DNA from: Botryllus schlosseri
Taxonomy: Eukaryota
Length of the DNA: 64,000 bases
Direction: 5' to 3'
Assembly: GCA_051294905.1 (NCBI GenBank)
Contig: CM119371.1
Coordinates: forward strand, 19,904,001 to 19,968,000
The notes under the pieces are model-generated. The model had not been told where the DNA came from. It ran no database searches and saw only the letters and a program-made list of their open reading frames with translations. Shown piece after piece: positions 49,547-62,288 of this stretch (position 1 is the stretch's first letter; each line of letters begins with the position of its first letter). The translations under genes and the position numbers were made by a program.

Positions 49547-52500
49547 ATCAACTATTACATATGTCAAATCACTGAGTCAATCCTTATGTTTACATCATGA
49601 TAATTTTCAATATAACACCTGCATTTGATCGTAAGAAATTAATTCTTAACTACGTTGGTCAGACTTTCAAATGTCGTATATTCTCAACATATTTGTGTGC
49701 ATCGAGTAGTAATTACTTTATGTTAGAGAGTATACCGAGTAGTAATTACTTTCACAGTTGAACAAAAAATCCGAGTTGGCGGTATATGACTACAACCGAA
49801 CTTGCTATGGATTTTAGATTGTAGCGATTGTATGTACTTGCGTAATCTTGTCTACTTTCCATACGGATACTGTTGAGTTGATTGGGTGAGTTACAAACGG
49901 ATTTACGTGACAAGGTTATTTTTTCTTGTTGACTCTTTGGAGTATGGTAAGATGTTAAAATGTCGAGACGTAATACTATTTCCGTTAACTCAATTGCAAC
50001 AAAAAAATAACCAAACAGCTTGTTCAAGGTTTCGACATATAGATTGAAATATTCCGATTTAACTCATCGCGTCACAACTCGATCGCGGTAAGCACAAGTG
50101 GTTGTCAAGTTAGAAATATATACAACAATGGGCGATATTTCATTGATTGATTCTATTGTGTGTAGTAACACATTAAAATATCGCGATAGTATTTACTGAA
50201 ACTCTATTTGACAAACGGAAAACTCAGTCGTGAATAGAGTTGTAAGTTTCAAGGATTGTTTCAAAGTATAATCTTGAAATGTGACGGGATCAAAGTTGGT
50301 AGTCATGTTTGTCAAACCTATTTCTATTCACAATATGCCAAAGTCAAAATATTTCATTTTGGGTGATCTCAATATATCTTTAGTACATCTCGTGAGTGGA
50401 TTCCGACGCCGTACTATAACATTCTTAATAATACGGGTTCGAGGGTTTTCATGATAGAGTTGACAAGTGATAAGATGCGTGTTTTTGTTAAGAGTTTGAT
50501 TTCAAGTTGATAAAGACAATAACTGTATAATGCACATACTTGTGATTCTTGATTCTTGTAGAGTTATAGTTGGTATTGATTCTATAGGTGTGAAAACAGC
50601 GGCGCGGAATGTACGATAAAAAGATTTCTCAAAATAATTAGAATTGTGCCGAATTAACATATTCAGATACGAATCAACTTGAGTTGTGTAGTAAGTTTCA
50701 TTTCAAGTTGACAAATTGACACATTGCTTGAATATTCGCATGATTCTTATTATACAACTAAAGTCAACCACGTTCCGAAGTGTCAAAACATATAGCGACC
50801 ACCAGAAAGTGTCAAATTGTTGGTTTACGAATCGCCGTCTGCGACGGCTCTGTGACAAACTAATTACCGAAGTATTACCTTGTGAGCGATCGGTATGTCT
50901 GTAACACTAAATCATGAGCGATCGCTATGTCTGGAGCATTACCCTGTGAGCGGTCGTAGGATTTTAAAATTATTTCACACCTTTCTGAATAAGCGTCCAC
51001 TTCACAAAGGATTAGGCTTAGAGCAGAAATAAGTGACAATTTGTCGCCATTCAAGTTACCGACACTGGCGGTTCTGTTACTCGTTACTTATTAAATCTTA
51101 CGAATGAAATCGAGCTCTGTGACAAACTGCTTACTAAATTTTCACCACGTGAGCGATCGGTATGCCTGTAACACCAAGTCGCGAAAGATGGTTATGTCTG
51201 AGACATTATCTTGTCAGCGATCGCGGGGTTTTGCAAACTATTTCACACCTATTTGAAGTGTTAGTTTGTGAACGCGGCTATTGTTGATATTCGAATCGCC
51301 GTCTACGACGGCTCTGTGGCAAACTAATTACCAAAATATCAGCATGCGAGTAATTCCTAGATTTTGCAAATTATTTTCACGCCTTTTTTGTTGAAAGTAC
51401 GACATTCCGCCCGCAGTCTATAACCGAAAGTACGAATCACCGCCGCGTCCATAAGAATAACGATATATCATTGTCGCACTCACCGTAAACGTTGGGATTA
51501 ACTCGAATCGGTCATATATAATAATTTGGGGTATACACATTAACAAAGGACCAATCACGTGATCAATATACCTGATACATATTCAACACCGCGCGAGAGA
51601 TGCCTATACCCGAAAGGGCGATTCACGACCGCACCCATAAGAACACATGGCGAATCATCAGAGACTCCGTAAGAATACATGACAGGCGAATCATCACCAC
51701 AGCCTATATAAAAAAAGGCTAATCACCACCACGAGTTTTCACGGCGAATCACCGACACGGCCGCACCCATAAGAACACATGGCGACTCACCGCCGAGAGG
51801 GGGGTCTAAAAAGGCGAGTCACCACCCCGGGTTTCCAGGCGAATCACCGCCGCACCCATAAGAGCCCCTGCCAGGTCACGACCGATCTACTATACTACTG
51901 ACATATCCCAGCCACTTTGAAAATTTGCCTAACTTGAATTGACTCGAGTCAATTTGCGGCAACACGAAGTCACTTCTGACTCGGGCGAATGACTTTATCC
52001 CTACCTTGACCCATGTTATGTAATTGTTATAAGCAGTGAGTCGCACAACTAATCTGAATCATTGGTATTTTAGAGAGGTGAAGAAATGAGCATACATTTT
52101 GCTTTTGTAAGTCCCCAGGCAAGGATAAAGAATTAGTTAATATCATTATCGAGAGAATTCACTGTGAGTCTTTTGGAACAGCACTACGGTCCCACATACA
52201 AAATCGGTCAATGATTACTTTCCCAGATTTGGACACGACACACGCTGTATGATTGCATTACCTAATTTATGGTTCCAAACATATTAGTAGGATGAAACGT
52301 TGTTTTGGGGAGGCTCCGCAAGACCTAAAATCGCACGCATGATATGGATAAAACAAGTTCTCGATCAATTTTAATGAATTACTGGGGCGCACGCGGAGCA
52401 TAATAATGATTATTGTTGATACATTCCGAAAAGGTCGCAACGAAAAATCTGGCCAGTTGATATTGTTGATCAAGACTATTAATCTTTCACCGATTGGAAT

Positions 52501-52614
52501 TGCTCTGAAAGCACAGTTTGCTCCCACCAGATGGTACTCGATGGCCAAATTTGCACCCTGCGTCAATATGGAAATCTGAATTGAATTGATTCAGAAGACG
52601 CCGATAATGATCAC

Positions 52615-53200
52615 TGATCACTAGGGAAAGTTTTTTTGCACTAAAAACCTGACAAAGTTGCAATTATTTTTTAAATTTTAACAAAAGTTGCAGAAGTTGC
52701 ATTTATACAATTTTTTGAAATCATGAGTGTATGAGATACTCGAAAGGTTCCAGCAGTTTAAAATTTGCATGATGTCTGCTTGTTCCATTTCTTCCTTCGC
52801 TATTCAATCGATCATGGTTACATTTTTATTAACATAGGGTTCGCACAATTTACCAGTCAGTTCAGGGAGTTTCATGACCAACAGAATAGTGGCTATGCCG
52901 CATACCCGAAAAAATTGCTACGTAAACACGGCATACCCAGTATACCTGCGTCCGGCGCCTATGGTTGGCCGCATTGTCTCTTGAAATCCATTAATTTAGT
53001 CTTTATTATAGTTTTAGAGCATATTTTGCGCAATACTTGATGAAAGTTGCAGAAAAATGTTGCATGAAAAATATAGACAAAAGTTGCAAGAACTTGCAAC
53101 TACTCCAAACAGATTAAAACACCATACTACATACATTATGAGTATTTAAGAAGCTTCCAGAAGTTGCAAAAAAAGTTGCAAAAACTTGCCCTACTGATCA
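52615..53200 (-). mobile_element. MITE family rich in TTGCAACTTTT motifs, copy C
   Basis: Inverted termini TGATCACTAGGGAAAG/CTTGCCCTACTGATCA; reverse-oriented relative of 4800-5765 and 7041-7611. Confidence 0.65.
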
Positions 53201-55399
53201 CCTATCATGGTGTATACAATGTAGAATTGTACACACTCCCACCGATAATCTGGTATTTCCGCATCGTGACGTCGTCACGCATGAATCTTGATACAATAAG
53301 GTCGAAAGCGATGATACTACTTTACGCCGTCAAGTGCAGAAGTAGTGTTGCGGAAATTATCAATCCCTCTGATTAGATGCTTAGAACAGTGAATTTCCAC
53401 GAATTGCAGAGAGAGTTTCTTTATTATTTAAATCTGTCATTTGAACGCTGTGCCCATTTTACGCGTTTCATTTTGTTAGTCGATCCTAAAGAATGGAGGC
53501 GTTTTCGGCTTCGGACAGACCATTCCGGGTAGTTTGCAAAGTTTTTCCACGATGCCCTGAAAATAGATCGAAGACTGTCATTCAGCGCATATATACTATT
53601 ACATACATCGATATTCCACAAGACTACTTGTGCAGTGTAGCTTATTTGCTTTAAAATTATCATTTACATTCAAATCGCATACTAATATTCACCGAGGGAA
53701 ACATTATGGCATAACGATTGCTGGCGAAAGGGAGTATATACACCGACGTAACAGATGAATGAAGTGTTAGAGCCAGTAACTCTTGAATTATATTCGACCA
53801 TAATACTAATTCAAATTTTCAATTCAATATTTTTTAACAACGGTAGCTTTCAAAATTCCAAGACGTGTCTTCACATTTAACGCGCAGCACTAATGACACT
53901 AGAAATAGAAGCAATTTTCCTAAAATATATTTAGCGATCGTGATATGAGGTTACATCGCGCAGTTTTGATGATTAAACTGCACCCATAAGAGTGATGTAA
54001 AGTTATTGCATAACTACATCATTTTCTGTGCAATCTAAAGGGATAAAATTGGGAATATTTGCCTAAAAAACTGTCACAGTATAAAGGTGGAAGGAGTTTT
54101 AACATACAACAACAACATACAACTACTTGACTAAATGGGGCTGAATTTTGATCAAGTCAAATGATAATTTGTAAATACTGTGAGGAATAATCAATTTCTA
54201 AATCCCAGTTCACTTTCGAAGAACCCGTGAATCATATTTCGAGCCAACTCCCTTTAAGGTCTTCCGATCTGAATTTTCAATGTCCAAATTAGAATCAATG
54301 ATCACTTGACCAGGTAGTCTATATGCTGGATTTCAAATTAATTTCTATATCGGGCACATAATATGATACCAACCATACAATGCTACCATACACAGCAGCA
54401 ATAGGCAGTTATGTTACGTGGATCGGACCGCCGTGACGTTACCACAGAGAGGGACATAATACCGTGAATGTCTGATAATCTACTTATCTAGAGAATTCTG
54501 AGCGTAGATATTGGCAATTTTCCGACATAATTACTGTCTTTAGTAAAATGGCATTCGCAATATTGATGATATTAATTGCCGGTTATATATTTAGCTACTG
54601 GAGGATGCGCAACGCAGTTTTGTTTCCATGCAACTGACAATGCATTGAACTGCCTGAGACTAACCACGTCTCTCTTCCTCAGGCAATATCCATTTGCGGG
54701 GAACATGACCGAATCTTCGTCGCAAATTGGCCTCTCTACGCAGACCAGGCGTCTTTTGGGATCGCACGTACCGACGATACCGAAGGGCCCGCCGCATTTC
54801 TGGTAGAGTTGTTTCGAGCATACGTCACAGCATATGACAGGAACAAAAATTGAATAGTTATATGAGTTGTAACATGAATGACAATTGCTGCAACGTACAT
54901 ACTTTTCTTATAATTGTGTCGTAAACTCAAGATAAACGGCTTATGAGTAGACTTCGAAATTTCAAAGAAGCATGCATGAACAAAACTAATTTTAGATTCG
55001 AGATTCAAATTAAATGTCATCAACCATCTAATTAAATCATCACACGAAGCATCGAAAACGTGTGTGGCATATTACATATTTTTGTAACAGAATCGATATA
55101 AAGAAATCGAGGATGAAATAAGCCATCAACTTGTATTTGCATTTTACTTGTGTGCGTGAGCTTAATCAGCTAAGACGTGTCCGGTATAATTAACTCATAA
55201 TGCTCTCTAATAGGTTTAAATGCAAACCGTATAAATTATGTGCAAAAAAGGCGTGTCGTAGTGCAGCCTAAATGTCGTGGTGTTCTTGTCGGGTAAGTGA
55301 GTTGCGTGGTTTCTCCAGGTTGGTATGCGTGCTTTCGAAGAACGCTCATTTAGTTTTTATGCATGTCTGGCTATGAGTATTTAGCTATAATATATAGGA

Positions 55400-56305
55400 C
55401 AGTGGTTCACAGCCTTTTTGACCTCGCTGCACCCTCTCATAGGGGTAATTAGTTCGCGGCACCCCATATCATTTCGATTACCCTGAGTGGCGAGCAGCGT
55501 TGTGGTACGTGCCACGGATGCCGCCCAAATGGCTCACGGTTCAAGTCTATAATCCCATCCCAAGTGTTGCCGGTTAATCTAGGGTCCTCCCCACTCTTCG
55601 ATCTGCATAAGCAGTGTCTTACAAAAAGTCTAGAGCGAAGGTGGGCCGTGCTGTTAAAAGCAATATCGGTATGGTGCAAAATGACCATAGATGTCAAAAA
55701 TTTGGCAAGATGATGACTGAAAAAGAAGCAGAAAAAGGCCATCAACCTGCGTCATGTCAGTGTTCAGCGATTGGTGAAAAAGGTGTACAACTTCTGCCAC
55801 ATCCCAACATCACGGCCAAATTGCCCGACTGTTGACCTTTCGCTAAGTTATCAGTCTCAAATGCTACTATTAGCGTATCCCCACCATTGACGGCGGAGGC
55901 TTCCCTTTGATACATGTCAGTAGCAAGTTCCAAAGCGTCAAAAGGTTTATCTGAGATTCTTCTCCCCTACATTGCTGTGCTCACAGCGTCTTTACATTGA
56001 GAATCCCAGAAAAAGACTCGATTAATGACAAATCCAGAGAAAAGAATGAAAAGAGCGATGAATCCTAAAATAGAAAGATAGAGACCGTGCACCGACATTA
56101 CAGATTATGAGACCTTAACTGATCATTTCGACATCCGTGTATCTGTATATTGATCGAATTGTACATTGTGTGTTTTGAGCGGGTAAAAATAATACAACGA
56201 CCTATTATGTGGATTCCCTGATTTTGTTTTACTTCGACCTTGTTTACCGCAATTGCTCGCAGCACCCCTGCGCAGTCCAACTGATAAGTCGGTTGAAAAC
56301 CCCTG
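55400..56305. mobile_element. hAT-type MITE containing a decayed SINE
   Basis: CAGTGGTTCACAGCC...GGTTGAAAACCCCTG termini with flanks ATATAGGA/ATCTAGGG. A SINE-like segment at ~55490-55690 shares GTCTTA.AAAA..AGGTGGGCCGTGCT with the 58640-58885 SINE. Confidence 0.55.
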
Positions 56306-58639
56306 ATCTAGGGATATGCTTCAATCAACGACGACTACAAACAATAGACGTGGTGTTGGAGGTTTGTCTTTAGGCTCCTCATCACCACGGTATCCAAGTA
56401 AGTTCTGTTTTAAAAAAGCCTAAAACGAAAATGGGCGCTACAAGACAATAAATTAGGAATATCGGCCAGTTGCAAATGTCGAAGTACCATGAATATCAAC
56501 AACAGGACGTTTAGAAGTACCCTATCCCTACTTCATCTTACCCCAAAGTCATTTTGGAATAGTCGTATGGACTCACCCAACATTTAACCTGCTACATTAT
56601 AGTCAGTGCTTACTAAACCTAAAGCTCTACTCAATTTACTTCACTACTGTATTGCAATTGGGCATATCTGTCTAAAAACCTCTCAGAATACAGTCGTTCA
56701 CTGTGAGTTTTTTAGAGATTTTATGCTTTACTTTTTACGTTTTAGTAATCGAAAGTTATATCGTTAAGCCGCCTGGATTCGAAGCGAAAAAATGGCGCAC
56801 ACGTTAAATCCAATGCCCGTCGAAAACTTTTGCGTTCTCACCTGCACGCATCTTTAACTATGGTCACCCTCTTGCGACACTTGGGCTTTGGGCAAAGATA
56901 GGTGCCACATTCCAAGCAGCTCAGTGCAGACGTGAGCGCGGCGCAATACGCTAGCAACAACACGATGTACAATATTTTCGCCATATCTCTATATCAGGTG
57001 TGCTGCCAAGTCAAAAAATAGCATGAATATGACTCGTTCCATCGAATCATCAAAAATTAGGTATGAAGAAACCGATAACAGTCTATCTTCACGTCCGTAG
57101 AAGTCTTGCGGTACAATTACGAGAAGTATTGTTTTTCAACTTATTTTATAGGCCTCAAGGTGATACCTCATTTTTTCGAATTGCGTCAGTCACAAATATC
57201 TCGTTTTTGTTCGAAACGCTTAATTGCAACAGTGTCATGAGATATCCATGTATCATTAATCAGGTAATTTACATATACATCTGCAGTTAGCGGAAATTCA
57301 ATCATCCGTATTCGTCGCGAAGCCACGTTTTTTTTATACCGATCGACGCCACACTTAAAAATTGCTAGCGCGTTAAAGTAATGCGTCAGGTGTCAAAATA
57401 CCGATCGTTCAGACCAGAATGTATCAAAACAGGCTAATATGTGAGACACTATACTCTCCCTGCAACGTCATTGTTATACTCGCTGTTTTGACAGTTATAA
57501 ACATGCCGGAATACCGCAACAAATATGCCGCAACCAGATATGCTCAGTAACGCAATACTGCTGTAAATAAAATAGAATTCGACGCCATGCTCTGAATGTG
57601 GCAGATGTCTCTTCGGCATAGCTTAATCTGATTAGCGCATCGACGTTTGTCGCCGGAGAGCCGTTAATTCAGAATAGGAACAAGGCACCACGAGGTAACG
57701 TAACCTCATGCTAGGTGCGAGCGTTTGAGAAACATTGACATATTTATCAGACGCGAACTTGACGTTGGGCCTGCACGCATCATAGCACAGAATATACCGC
57801 CATCTAAAAATATAACTCTCCCCGATTTACAGCAAAGGATATTATTATTATTATTAGTAGTAGTAATAATTGTAAATGATGAGTGCTGACAGATAAGAAT
57901 TAAAGCATTTCGCTGCTGAACACTGGCGTAGCCATGAAACCCTTAAATTTTTCAAAATTATTCGTAAAAGGTTTAGTAGTTTTGAGCAAGTACATTTAAC
58001 TTGATATTTTTCCTCGCGATACGCGCGATATATAGTTTCAGTAGTTTTTTGGTTGTTGAGTGCCTGCCTCTTGATAAATCAAAATGAAAAATGGGCTTAA
58101 ATAAAGATACGCACGATGTACAAAAATGAATCTTACTGTATTCGTGTATGCCGCTAGCGGTTGTGCGATTTTTAGGCATCAGCTTTTCGGTGCCAAAAGA
58201 CACACCGAGGCATTTATGCTCTAGCAAACACTAAGTGCGATCCCAGAAAGATCACCGGCGTTAGAACCTCGGCCGAAAATCGCACGGGACGGCCCTGTCC
58301 TTGCAATCGGAGTCTTGCGGTACAAATGCAGCGATCAGAGTCAATAATAATATCGCGTCTCATGAATAAATGCAAATTTGGAATCGTGCGCAACTCGCCA
58401 AAGATCCAATCTCCCTTTTAATTAGTTGTGATAAGTGTGTGGGCGATCATTTCAGTAGCGACAAATTTTTATGAGGGTCACAAAAATCAGCATGCTTCTA
58501 TCAAGTAAGTAATTGCAAGTAGCCCGCCCGACGCTCACCCACCGGAAACTCATGAATAGTCTTACCGTCTGATATAAACAATATAGCTTAAGATGAATAA
58601 TTGCGTGCCACTGGTTCTTTGTTTTGATATTCATGGTGT

Positions 58640-58885
58640 TTCGACTACATTGGTCATTTTACTCCAGGCTGATATACCCTATTTTGGGTTCCGTATTTAC
58701 TGACTTGTAGCACGGCCCACTTTCAAGCCTTTTATAAGACATCGTTTTTGCGGATCACGTGACAAGGAAGTGCCCAGATAAACCTCCAACACTTAGATAG
58801 GAAGTCTGGAGTCGATCTCGGCCGGACTCGAACCCGCAACCCATTGGTGATGCGGCTGTGCATTATACCAATACGCTATCTCGGC
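58640..58885 (-). mobile_element. tRNA-derived SINE
   Basis: Minus-strand head GCCGAGATAGCGTATTGGTA...GCGGGTTCGAGTCCGGCC has Pol III A and B boxes. The body is shared with ~55600-55690 and ~56350-56420. Confidence 0.7.
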
Positions 58886-58896
58886 ACGCAATTGCA

Positions 58897-60165
58897 CAGA
58901 GGCTGTCAAAGTAGTCAAGAAAGCTACTCAAGTAGAAGTAGAAGTAGCGACGAAATAAATCTACTCAACTACGAGTATAAGTACTTTTTCCATAAGCCAC
59001 CTAAAACTACTTGAAGTAGAAGTAGAATTGACTGACTTTTAGTCAAGTAAGTAAATAGTTTTGAAATCAGTCTTAATTCGTTCGTATGGACTGCCAACAG
59101 CTGCAAATTGAGCTATGCGGAAGGTACAGAGAGCTTAATTCGTATTGATGCATCTCAGGAGGTATCAATTTTTGCCCGAATAAGCATTCTTTCGCATCAT
59201 GGGATGCAAATTATAGTATTGACATGAAAATGCGATGTTAACCCTTTGTTTAGTAGAAGACGCTGTTTTAGAGAATATCATGGCATGACGCCGTACCCCA
59301 TATTATAACATCCAAAGTTTAGGCGAAGAGCAATACGGAAAAGTTGTATCGGACACGGTGTCAACACTTTTCGCGATTAGTATACGTTAATAACAAATAT
59401 TGTGGATCGCAAAATTTGTATTTAGTATAGCTTTATTTTCAGAAAATAGAGGCATTATTACACTTGCTTCTATGGTTCAACATATATGTTCTGCAGATAA
59501 CAGAACTGAAAGTAGTTAGAACACAAAGTATGATACTCGGAGTATCATACTTGGAATTGAAAGTGAAATACAAATACCACTTCTAAAAAGGAAATACATT
59601 TCATGTCTTTTGTCCATAAAGCTTCAAAGATGATCTGCTAAAACAGGTGAAACGTTCCAAAACGCCGGCATTTCCAGATTAGCAGGACACGTCATGGGCT
59701 GCTACAGAACGATAGGTTAGGTAATTGCTAGATTGCGAAACGGTAGTTTCCAACGTTATGGTGGGCCATATTTACTGTGATGAAATATTTGATATAGGCG
59801 ACAATGTGGTTGGAGCGGAATCATTGAACCAGTAGCAATCCTAATTTATATTCACAGATACTTTCGTGAAAACATATTTGTCACTCCATAAGTACTGTGC
59901 GCGAAGCGCAACAAAATTTCTGGGCTTCACGTGACTTTTATGAATATTAAATGTTGGAACTCCGTGAAAACAACCCCGAAATTCGTCAGGCTATCTTTCG
60001 TATTGGGGGATTGAACTACTTCTACTTGACAAACTGAAAAGAGCGAAAAGTAAGTAAGTAGATCTCGAAATATTACGGAGCAGAAGTAGCAGTAGAGAAA
60101 ATCAGATCTACTTGATTAAGTAGCAGAAGTAGAGGAAAACTACTCGAGTACTTCCAGAAAGTCTG
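58897..60165. mobile_element. Decayed MITE with AAGTAG/CTACT subterminal repeats
   Basis: Dense AAGTAG/CTACT motif clusters at 58910-59055 and 60015-60150, with degenerate CAGA..TCTG termini. TSD not resolved. Confidence 0.45.
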
Positions 60166-61060
60166 CACATTTGCTCAGGGCCTATATTTGTAGCTGATTA
60201 CGTTCCACATCTTCACGGACTCCAGAATATAGGAAAACTACCCCCAGGTTTAGAACCACTATCTTTGAATAAAGCATCCAAACGGCGTGAACAGACTCTA
60301 TGAATATACCGTTATCTTGTAACAGTGATTACATTTTACTTATTTTTGTAACTGATTGTTACATTTATTTATTTTTGATCGCAGTTTTTGCGAGGGTATA
60401 GTAGTCCCCATAATAAAACCAATGTATATGATACTAAATCGCGCGTATCTCGAAGAAAAACTTCATGTAGCATAAATCGGCTCAAAAATAATGTTGTTTA
60501 TGTGGATTTACAAAAATATATGAGCGTATTACTTCAAGCCTTCAAAATTCCGGACATTTAGGCGTATTTTAGAAATTCCTCCCGGACGCAGTTTTAACAG
60601 TGAAATTCCGGACATATCCGGGAAATTCCGGACGTATGGCAACCCTAATCTGGATCTCAATACCGGGTCATGAAAATCGCAAGAAAGTTCGCACTTAATT
60701 TCTAAAAATATTGCAGTAAAAAGAGTCATTTACAATATTTTCAAATTATTACGGTATTAGGTAGTGATGGTGCGTACCCCTGAAAGTTTCTGGTAGCTGA
60801 ATCGATACATTATTCGTCCATTTATCCACATATGAAAGGAATAAATCGCATGTAATGAATGTATTGTAACGACAGCAATGTCTCGCCGATAATGACGAAG
60901 ACAATGTGGATTTGAAGAACACCATAGTCATACAGGCGCCGCCATGTCTGCTTTTCTTTAATCAATCAATCAACACACGGTGCAATCATTAACTAAGATT
61001 TCAAAGCGTTCGATAAGCCCGGTACCCCAAATTTATCTAGATAATATTTCATTAGGGTGC

Positions 61061-61303
61061 CGATAATGTAAGTCTTCTCGCTTCGACTAACTTACGCGTA
61101 AGTTCCACTCCCGCACGCATTCTCGGTAATGGTTATCTCGGTATTGGTATAGACCCCCCGTGACCCTAGTCTGCCGAGATTCCTCACTTTCTGCTTACTA
61201 CGTCAAATTTTAGTGACTGCATGTTATTATTTGTGTGTGTGCGCAGCGTGCGAGAGTGAAGCTTACGCGTAAGTAAGTAGAAGCGAGAAGACTTGTATTA
61301 TCG
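61061..61303. mobile_element. Small MITE with ~58 bp imperfect TIRs
   Basis: CGATAAT..AAGTCTTCTCGCTTC.ACT.ACTTACGCGTAAG..CACTC.CGCACGC at 61061-61118 is inverted at 61246-61303. Confidence 0.75.
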
Positions 61304-62288
61304 TCATTTACGGTTCCATACCAATACCGAGAAAACTATTCCCGAGAATGGATATTACCGAGAACGGCCAATGCCAAGAATCTAAGTTCCTGAGAAGGCG
61401 TTGTCAAGAAATTTTTATCGGAGAATCGACACCGAATGTCCCATGCACACGACCTGTTTATATGAGTAACATGCCTGCATTGCATACATTGCATTCTCGT
61501 TAATGTCCATTCTCGGTCATGGCTTTCTCTGTAATGGTTTTCTCGGTATTGACCGGACACCGGCCGGCGGGTCACATTACCATATAAGACGGGAAACTGT
61601 CCGCGGGCCGGTTCCGGCCCGCGGGCCCTATGTTGCCCGCCCCTGGCGTAATGGATGCAAATTGGGCTATCGGTACTTTCAGCTTCCATATTATGCTTTC
61701 ACACCCGTCCCAATAGGTGAAAACGTGACACATACTTCAATCCATATGAAGGCCTATCCCAAAGTTTCAGAGGTCCTGTCTACGTGCACGAACTCTTTGC
61801 AATTTCCTGCGTGGCATCTGATTTGCGCCTACGCTATGGTGAAAATCCATGGAATACACGATTACCGAATACAGTGCAATGAATAAAACAGGCGGCACCG
61901 ACTTTATTTCACTTCGTTGGTGTATGATTCCCTGACTGTTGGCTGTATTGAAGAACCAAATTTTGACACGGCCGGAGAAAAACGTATGTGACTCTGTCTT
62001 AAAGGTGGGGGTATTTTTGCGAAGAGATCTGCTTCATATGTGCTATTCATATCTGCTATATATTTGGAAGCATTCCGAAAGGACCGCATTTTCAACTTGC
62101 ACTGCACAGTGCACACATAATGTAAGGCACAACACCGATTCTCTTACTGATGCAGGTGGATTGAATGAAACAGATGATAAGAATTTGCAGATTTTATTCA
62201 TCTCAATACTAGAGTCGCCAAAATACAATCATATACACGATATTTGTTTATAATTGATAATTTCAGTCACTTCCGCCTTTTCGCGACT

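Larger units (their letters stand above)
35097..51899. mobile_element. Giant fold-back element with ~6 kb inverted arms; putative non-autonomous Polinton/Maverick derivative
   Basis: The left arm (35097-45316 minus three insertions) is the reverse complement of 45874-51899. Termini are AGTAGTATAGTAGATC...GATCTACTATACTACT, flanks are GACATC/GACATA, and the unique spacer is 45317-45873. The inverted structure is directly visible; the Maverick origin is inferred. Confidence 0.85.

Noticed and set aside
35097..51899. Giant palindrome as a sequencing or assembly fold-back artefact
   Set aside because: The arms differ by substitutions and indels, three TSD-flanked insertions occur in one arm only, there is a unique spacer, and the symmetry stops exactly at TE-like termini with a target duplication.
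58814..58885. Functional tRNA gene
   Set aside because: A and B boxes are present, but the acceptor and anticodon stems do not pair well and the sequence continues into a body repeated elsewhere, so it is a SINE head.
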